Below, one piece after another: positions 56,245 to 64,000 of a DNA stretch of 64,000 bases. Under the pieces are notes generated by a model. That model did no database searches. It worked only from the letters and a program-made list of their open reading frames with translations, and was not told the DNA's origin. The DNA is taken from the NCBI RefSeq assembly GCF_009914755.1, contig NC_060926.1. The stretch is one strand, 5' to 3'. Both the position numbers and the translations under genes were made by a program. Origin of the DNA: the human T2T-CHM13v2.0 reference genome, Homo sapiens. Each line of letters opens with the position of its first letter. Positions within the stretch are counted from its first letter, which is position 1.

Positions 56245-56383
56245 ACATCCTCACTCAATGTGATGTTATCTTGTAGACTAGGATGTTATGTTAGACTGTC
56301 ACCCAGGCTGGAGTGCAGACTAGAATATGACTAGAATATGGATGTATCTTGGAGACTAGGATCTTTTTAATGAGTGAGGATGT
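56245..56383. repeat. Mosaic templated insertion flanked by a 13 bp inverted repeat
   Basis: acatcctcactca (56245-56257) and tgagtgaggatgt (56371-56383) enclose partial copies of 57477-57516 and a 23 bp Alu piece. Confidence 0.85.
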
Positions 56384-57035
56384 CCCCATAACAGCATGTC
56401 AGCATCATTCTGGCAGCCCAATCGCATATGACCCAATGAAAAAATAGCTACTGCACTAACAAGCAAGAGCAATCTGTTTGCCAGCATGACCTCCTGAGCC
56501 CGGCCTTAGGACCACAGGCATGAGGCCTGGAGCTCCTCAGGGCATCTGGTCAACCCCACAGAAAGGGTAGGGGGTCAGAGAGAAACAGAGGCCCATGCAA
56601 TCCTGGTCCTGGCTCATGGCCGTCCTGCTGGCTGATTGGTCTCAGGCACCAGAGCAGACTTCAAAATTTTTGAGGAAATCACACAAGACACAAGCCCCAC
56701 TAAGGTGGGAGGCATAAGACAAGGACACTTGTCCCTGTCTAGGGGTAGAACCATGCCCTATTTCGTTCTCTGAACTTGTTTTACTTGTATCCATTTGGTA
56801 TTACACCTTGACTGAGAATTATTTGTAAAGAAGGATTACATCAGTCACTGACCCCAGCATGGTGCTAGATTCATTCCAGACGCCCAGGGCGTAACTACTG
56901 ATCCAAGGACTGGCCAGGATCTTTCCCTGGAAGCAAAGAATCAGAGAATTGCTGATTTAAGGGTGACGTGTGTAAAAGCACCACACAAGAAACTGATGTT
57001 GAATCAAAATTTCCCCTTTGCACATAAGCCTCTAG

Positions 57036-57450
<415 letters not shown>

Positions 57451-57574
57451 CTAAAATATCTTCTTAGCAACACCAAAGAATATGGATATTATCTTGTAGA
57501 CTAGGATCTTTTTAATATTCTGAAAAATCATTTTCTGTATTTTTGTACAAATAACATACTCATCATCCTTTTGC

Positions 57575-57610
57575 AGTGTGTGTGTGTGTGTGTGTATGTG
57601 TGTGTGTGTG
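57575..57610 (+). repeat. (TG)n microsatellite
   Basis: Read directly. Confidence 0.95.
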
Positions 57611-60498
57611 TTCCACCAGCCTTTAGCAGGAAAACATTAACACAATTAATTCCTTTATCCAGCCCTTTAACTCTGTCTTCTCCTCTCAGTCTTCTGGCCA
57701 ATTTAGCCTTTCCCTCACATTTTGCCTTTTCTCCATGAAACAGCAATGCTTCTACTTTTTGAGTGTCATTTCATTAAATTTCTAAAGCAGGCATCCTACA
57801 TCCCCAAATTAACTCTTGTCTGGGGGGAAGTGTAAATGGCTTATCAGTGCATAATGTACTTTGTCAAAAAAAAAAATTCCTCACCGTAACGTATATTTCC
57901 TCCTTGTTGTGCTTGGGGGCATCAATTAATGTCAGCAGGCTGACAATTCCCTGAACACATTCCTTTGACTACAGATGCTAGGGTGACATTTTCTGACATC
58001 TGGGCAATGTTTTCCGCACGTGGCTCACTCCTCTTGCCCTTGATTTCCATGACATTCTTGTACTTCCTTCCTTCCTCATTCCCTTCTTCTGGGCACAAAG
58101 AGTGTCGCAGGAGCGGATCCTCAGCAGACTGGAAGCCCCGTGGTGTACCTTCCTCTGTTTCTTTCTCTCTCTTCCTTTCCAATAAGAAACTTACTCAAGC
58201 TTGAAAAATAGTAAAACAATACTATTTTAACCCTTTCTCTTACATTCTTATAGTTGCACAATGATTAGGCTTTTAAAGAAAGCCTTCAACCACATCAAGT
58301 TTCCAAAAATGACAACTTCAGAATTAGAGGCTAAGATTTTCATCAGGGCTTTCTTTTTTCTCTTTTTAAATAAGGACTACGTGATACCAAAAGGACTTCC
58401 ATTTTCAAAGGAAACACGAGATACTCTCCAAGAACAGAAATTGGGACGAGACAGATCCACCCTGAATGAGTTAGAAGGGATAGGTTGACCTTAAGGAAAA
58501 TAAGTCTGATTCTTATTGCATAGACAGAACTTGTGCTGGGGCCAAAACTGAGAAAGGAGTTCAGAGGTGGACTGCGGAGAAATAGTATAACCTAAGCTCA
58601 CGGGGAACCACAGGTGGCATTTCTTGACTCTAAAGTCCCCACTGGCCTCAAGCATTCCAAAACCTCCTCCCGGGAGCCAGCCGCTGAATGCCACATAGGC
58701 AGGTACTCCGCCCTCATCCTGTATCCTCACTGTCTCCTTCTATTTGGGATGGCAATGGCAACCCAAGTTACAAAGGCATAAGTGATGCCCGGTGGGAAAA
58801 CCTAACACATCCTTTTCAGAACATAAAATTGTTCCCTCACTGCACAGCCCTATGCGTCTTGAGATGGATGAAAAAATATAAACCAGCCAGAAAGAAACTA
58901 AAGGGAAATGTCACTAGAAATAAATGGAGAGAATTTTCTTGCATTCCTACAGAGTTTGAATGAAAAAAAAATATTGCTTGTTTATAGGAATTTGACCTTA
59001 AGCTACTGAAAAGGAAGAGGCAGTGGGGGTCATGAGCAAAGGAAATGACTTTTTCTTAGATTTTTAGTGTCAGTTTTATAAATGGGTCAAGCCAAAGTGA
59101 GCTAAGAGATCAGTAATTTGACTATTTTTCTGCCCAGGAATCAGCTTAGTCCCACTATTTTTTTATCATGCTGAAGTCTTACCCCAGATAAAAATACTGT
59201 TGCTCTTAAGATAAACTTGGAGAAGAAGGAGAATGGGGACCTGGGAGGATTATGGTTTTAAAACTTCAAAGCCTTTCCCTTTTAAGCACAAATCTAGTTA
59301 ACATTTAAAGGATGCTTCCAACAATCCTTCCAAAACCAAACCAGGAGAGACGCCCAAAGCATCCCCTTAGGTCTGCAGTCCTAAAGGGATTAGAAGCAAA
59401 CCCAAGAAAAATCTCCGTGGTGATAAATTGCACCAACGCCTTCACCTTAAGCCCCAGTTTAACTTAACTCCTGACTATGAAATAGCAATTTTGTAATACA
59501 GAAATATAAATATGGTCTGTACTCTAATAAAACATTTCTTCCATGCTTTCCCTAACTTCATAAACCCAAGAGATCTCAGAAATTTTACCAAGATAGTATT
59601 CCTACGAATATAACCTTGACACCAGTCCCTCAGGTCCCAGGTCTAACAATGCCCGATATTATCTCCGAATATGTTTTTGCTTTGATATTCCAGAGCACAC
59701 ACATACCTGGAGCACATCTACATAGATGAGCAGAAAAAAAGAATTCTAATAACGATAACAACTGCATCCTATTCAGTGACTGAAAACTGCAACTATGTTT
59801 TCCAATCTGCTCTCAGTGATGGAAGTGTCATCATGTGGAATGAAAAACCATGGATTATAGTCCCTGCGCCCATAGGCTTATGAGGCCCTGTTTGAAACAA
59901 GCCCAAAGATGACTTGATTTTTAAATTGGTTTCTGAACTCCTGCCTGTAAAGCTGGAAGACACAATATATTTATTCAAGGAGAGCTCTGTAAAGGTTAGG
60001 CAGGTGATCCATAGAGACTCTACCATAACTTTTCCCGAACTGCCTGCCGTTCATTAAGCATGTTCCATCTCATGAACCGTGAATCATTTCATTTTTAAGT
60101 ACTCTTTTATTTCCTTTGAATTTATCTAAAACTTTATTAGATTCAACTGGCACAGTCCTGACAGACAGCCTGCATACATTTTAAACCTTCCCAGCGGAGA
60201 AGCATAAAACATTTAAAATCTATATTTGATCTGACAACAGCAGCACAGTGTTTGAATTAGAAACAGATTAGACATAATTGAAGATAAAGAGGACGCAAGC
60301 ACCACTCCCATTTTGGTGAAGTGGGCTTTAAATTATCAGATTCATCCAGGATACATTACCAAGAAACATTGAATTGTTATCTTTAGACAGCCTTTTCTAA
60401 GAGTTTACAATTTATCAGTTCAGTGAAGCTTACAACCAGCTTGTTATCAGAACAAAAAATGAAAAATCATTCGGTTCAGAGCACAGAACCGATCTCAC

Positions 60499-60611
60499 CT
60501 CAAAAAGTACACATTTCCTTCTGATAACAGACACTTCATTGGACAGCCAACGGGCCACTTCATGCACAACATTTTCAGATCCTTCCACTTCCCAGGTCGT
60601 TCCTGAGTAGC
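60499..60611 (-). other. Candidate 113 nt internal exon (unassigned; possibly non-coding or UTR)
   Basis: Minus strand: tgcctgtttgcag|GCTACT...TTTGAG|gtgaga in non-repeat DNA; no recognisable protein. Confidence 0.25.
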
Positions 60612-60721
60612 CTGCAAACAGGCATTGTTTACCAACAGGGCTCCCTGCAAAACCCCGCCTCCATTCTTTAATTAAACAGGACAACGTCACCCACACAGTC
60701 ACAGTCACACCCATGTGAGCT

Positions 60722-60749
<28 letters not shown>
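60722..60749 (+). repeat. (CA)n microsatellite
   Basis: Read directly. Confidence 0.95.
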
Positions 60750-60752
<3 letters not shown>

Positions 60753-60929
60753 CTTGGCTTTGCCAAAGTCCTCTTCCACCTTTCTCATTAGTAACGGAGC
60801 TGAACTCATTATGCAAAGCAAATTTACAAAATTTAATTAATGAAAGTTAAATAAGTTAAATTTGATACAACAGCATGCCATGTTTTCGTTTGTTTGTACA
60901 AGAAAATCAGACTTTGGAACAAAAATCAG

Positions 60930-61236
60930 GGCTAGGCATGGTGGTTCACGCCCATAACCCCAGCACTTTGGGAGGCCAAGGTGGACAGATCACCTGAGGT
61001 CAGGAGTTCAAGACCAACCTGGCTAACATGGCAAAACCCCATCTCTACTAAAAATACAAAAAATAGCTGGGCATGGTGGCACTCGCCTGTAATCCTAGCT
61101 ACTCAGGAGGCTGAGGCACGAGAATTGCTTGAACCCAGGAGGTGGAGGTTGCAGTGAGCCGACAGCGCCACTGCACTCCAGCCTGGGTGACAGAGTGAGA
61201 CCCTGTCTCAAAAAAAAAAAAAAAAAAAAAAAAAAA
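60930..61236 (+). mobile_element. AluSx
   Basis: Dimeric Alu with long A tail; TSD aaaaatcag. Confidence 0.95.
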
Positions 61237-62029
61237 TCAGATTAGGAAGCAAGCTCCAGTGCATGAACCTGTCTAAGATTACTTTCTTCTTATTAAATGT
61301 ATTTTTACTCATGTTCAATGTTCAGACATATAAATACTTTTATAAGGCATTGAATCTCAAGTTTTCAAAAGGCAAAAATAAGGAGGAAAAGAGGAGAGAC
61401 ATTGAATTATTTTGGAAAAATTGGGGGTCTAGCTAAATCATGGAAAGCCCAAAATCCTTTCAGTTAAGCCCATTTTGAACTTTAGTTTTCAATCCAAAAT
61501 TCCTGGTGTAGGAGAGCAATAATTTTTATAGCAACTAGAAGTCTATTCTCTCTTTTTCTATCTTTCTTTCTGGGGGCGTCTTGTTTTCATTCTGCCAAGT
61601 TTTAAAGATTGAAAGAGGATCTAAGGCACTTTAGAAACCTGCTTTCCAACAAACATTAGACCTGGCACACAGTGGGTATTTAGGAGGTACTGGTGGAATT
61701 CAATGCTTAATTTAATGATTATCAGGCTTTGATTTTACCATCTCCTATTTATACGTTAATCTTTCTCTAAAGCGCATTGTTTTGTTTTCCATGTTACTTT
61801 GCTCCCTAGGAATGTTTTCTAATTAGAAAAACCTTGAAGCACTTTGTGATTCCCAAATAATTCAAATTAAATAATCAAGATTTAAATCAGGGAAAATCTT
61901 CAAGGCCTGAGAGTTAGACTGTGTGTGCAAGAGGCCGGGGTATGGGTGTGTGTGTTATTAGGATAGTCACTTGAGCTGAAAGTCAGGAAGAATTTTTTTT
62001 TAACCATGTAAGTCCTAGAAAGCAGCTTT

Positions 62030-62235
62030 CTTGGCAGGGAAAGAGCACAGATTTGGGAGCCAGACAAACCTATATTTAAATATTCATGCTCAGCCTTTAA
62101 CCAGCTGGGTGACTGTAGGCAAATTACTAGGCCTGGTTTCCTCTTTACCTGGAAAAAATACCTTCCTCCAGACCTGTCCTGAGGTTTAAATGAGATCATA
62201 TCTGTTAAAAAGCTTGGTGCTATGTAAACTCTAAA
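62030..62235 (+). mobile_element. MIR
   Basis: aagagcacagatttgggagccagac...ccagctgggtgactgtaggcaaatta...gaggtttaaatgagat. Confidence 0.8.
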
Positions 62236-62437
62236 ATGCACAGATAATTTAGAGCCTTATGTCCTATACATACAATGTTAAAAATTGGGGTTGTATTCCC
62301 CAAATGCCTTTGAATAATAAAAATATCAGAGTGATCAAACAAAGAAACACAAACACTTTAAAATAAATGTTTACATACACAAATGATTTTATAAACATGC
62401 ATTTAAAATGTAAAAATGAACTCAGATATCAAACTCC

Positions 62438-63152
62438 TGAAACCACCATTGCAAAATAAATATCTGAGACAGTGTAACAGATCTGACTTAACCAACTCCA
62501 TCTTGCTTCTAACCACCAAGCTCTCCTTGTTCATTTTTGGACATAAGCCAAATTCACTTTGGGAGGAACTTAGTTGATAGTTTAAAACAAAGTGACAATA
62601 GCCCTTTCCCAAAACAAACCCCCTTCTTGCCTGGGGACTAAACTGCCTTTGTAGGACTAACAAATTAGCCAAAAGATTAGAAATTATGGTTTAGGAGTCA
62701 TGCAGCTGGAGGCTACAAGATTCCAACCCTCCCCAAATTGCTCCTGGAGATAACGTCACTATTATAAAACCTAAGATCCGTGCTTGAGAGATTTTGCAGA
62801 CTGTGCACTTGATGGATCGGCTAGCACTACACAGATCGATAAACTGGCTCATCTGATCTTATGGCCCCCGCCCAGGAACTGACTTGGTGCAAGAAGACAG
62901 CTTTGAATCCTTATGATTTCATCTCCCACCCAACAGATCAACACTCCAGATTCACTGTCCTCTACCTACCAAATTATCCTTAAAAACTCTGATCCCTGGA
63001 TGCTAAGGGTAACTGATTTGAGTAATAATAAAACTCCAGTCTCCCACACAGGTGGTTCTGCATCAATTACTCTTTCTCTATTGCAATTCCCCAGTCTTGA
63101 TAAATTGACTCTGTCTAGGCAGTGGGCAAGGTGAACCTGTTGGATGGTTACA
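62438..63152 (+). mobile_element. LTR8-family (ERV1) solo LTR
   Basis: tgaaaccaccattgcaaaa...gggcaaggtgaacctgttggatggttaca; 4 bp TSD CTCC at 62434-62437 and 63153-63156. Confidence 0.92.
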
Positions 63153-64000
63153 CTCCCATCATAACTTTTCCTTTTCAGGGAGTTTTCCAGATAAGCTGAA
63201 ACAGGGGGGATTTTATACAATACAGTGAGTTTGCAAAGTTGCAATATTCTTCCATTTCTGGAAATCCTGTGGACATTCTAAGATTCTCAATGGCTCTAAT
63301 GACTTTGGGACTGCATTTAACTTAGAATCAAAAGTCTGAAATGTTTTCTAAACCTATTCTGTATCCATGAGTGATTATAAAAGTCTTTGATGAATGGTGG
63401 TAAATGCTAGAAGAAGAATGTCCTTGGCAAATTCATATTCTTCGAGGATCTCTCACTCTTCCATTTCAGTAGGTTCTTATTCCTATACCACTGATTCTAA
63501 CCACTTCCCTTTTCCAGGATGCTGAAGGTACAGAAAGGTCTTCTCCTAGAGGAATCAAAATATTCTTTCTTATCCCTGAAAACACATTTGTTTGATATCT
63601 CTGGGACTCTGTGCTTCAACATAGAAAAAAAAATGCTTGCCAAATGTGATAATTAATTCTTTAGACATACAAATTTGCTGTATCCAGTCACAAATCCAGG
63701 CAAGCAAAAGCCATCCCATCATGATTTCTGATCACTGCCCCAACCTAAGCTCTCTTCACTTCCTTCAGATGTTTTCCCCTGCCCTTCAAAATCACATTCC
63801 TAGGCAAATACAACAATTGGAAATTGCAGGCTAGCTCATCGGCTTCCAAAGCCAACTCAGGGTGATGAAACTATCACGCTTTGTTTCCACAGGAATGGCT
63901 TCTCTTGATGTTTTCAGTTTATCTTTTTTGTACATATTTTCTCTTCTTAAATATATTGAAGAGTATAAATAATCCCAAATTTGAAGAAAATAAAAAACAG

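Noticed and set aside
63178-63223. + strand mini-exon-like segment just after LTR8 (ttttcag|...|gtgagt)
   Set aside because: Only 46 nt, weak exonic donor context, no supporting neighbours; indistinguishable from chance.

Overview
This is primate (most likely human or hominoid) non-coding genomic DNA: AT-rich, CpG-depleted and without a CpG island. Alu, L1, L2, MIR, MER DNA transposons and LTR elements cover roughly half of it. I found no credible host protein-coding exon, RNA gene, CRISPR array or prokaryotic-type system. The supplied ORFs come from Alus, low-complexity DNA, or decayed L1 ORF2 and ERVL pol. The largest element is a degenerate minus-strand ERVL provirus (HERV16/LTR16C-like; gag-pro-RT-RNaseH-IN-dUTPase, ~40.95-47.37 kb) into which a solo MLT2A LTR and an MLT1A LTR later inserted. 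The most unusual signals are structural, not genic. (1) The (TA)n of the MLT2A LTR has grown into a ~1.9 kb AT-rich block containing a ~1.4 kb fold-back quasi-palindrome built from inverted copies of the LTR's own sequence. (2) A ~280 bp copy of nearby unique DNA sits inside an MLT1A LTR. (3) A ~110 bp mosaic insertion, templated from 1.2 kb away plus an Alu fragment, is bracketed by a perfect 13 bp inverted repeat. A few minus-strand exon-like segments weakly suggest an intron of a minus-strand transcript, but I cannot name the locus. Repeat subfamily names are from recalled consensus sequences and boundaries are approximate unless a target-site duplication (TSD) is quoted. I do not see evidence for a new biological system beyond these rearrangement scars.
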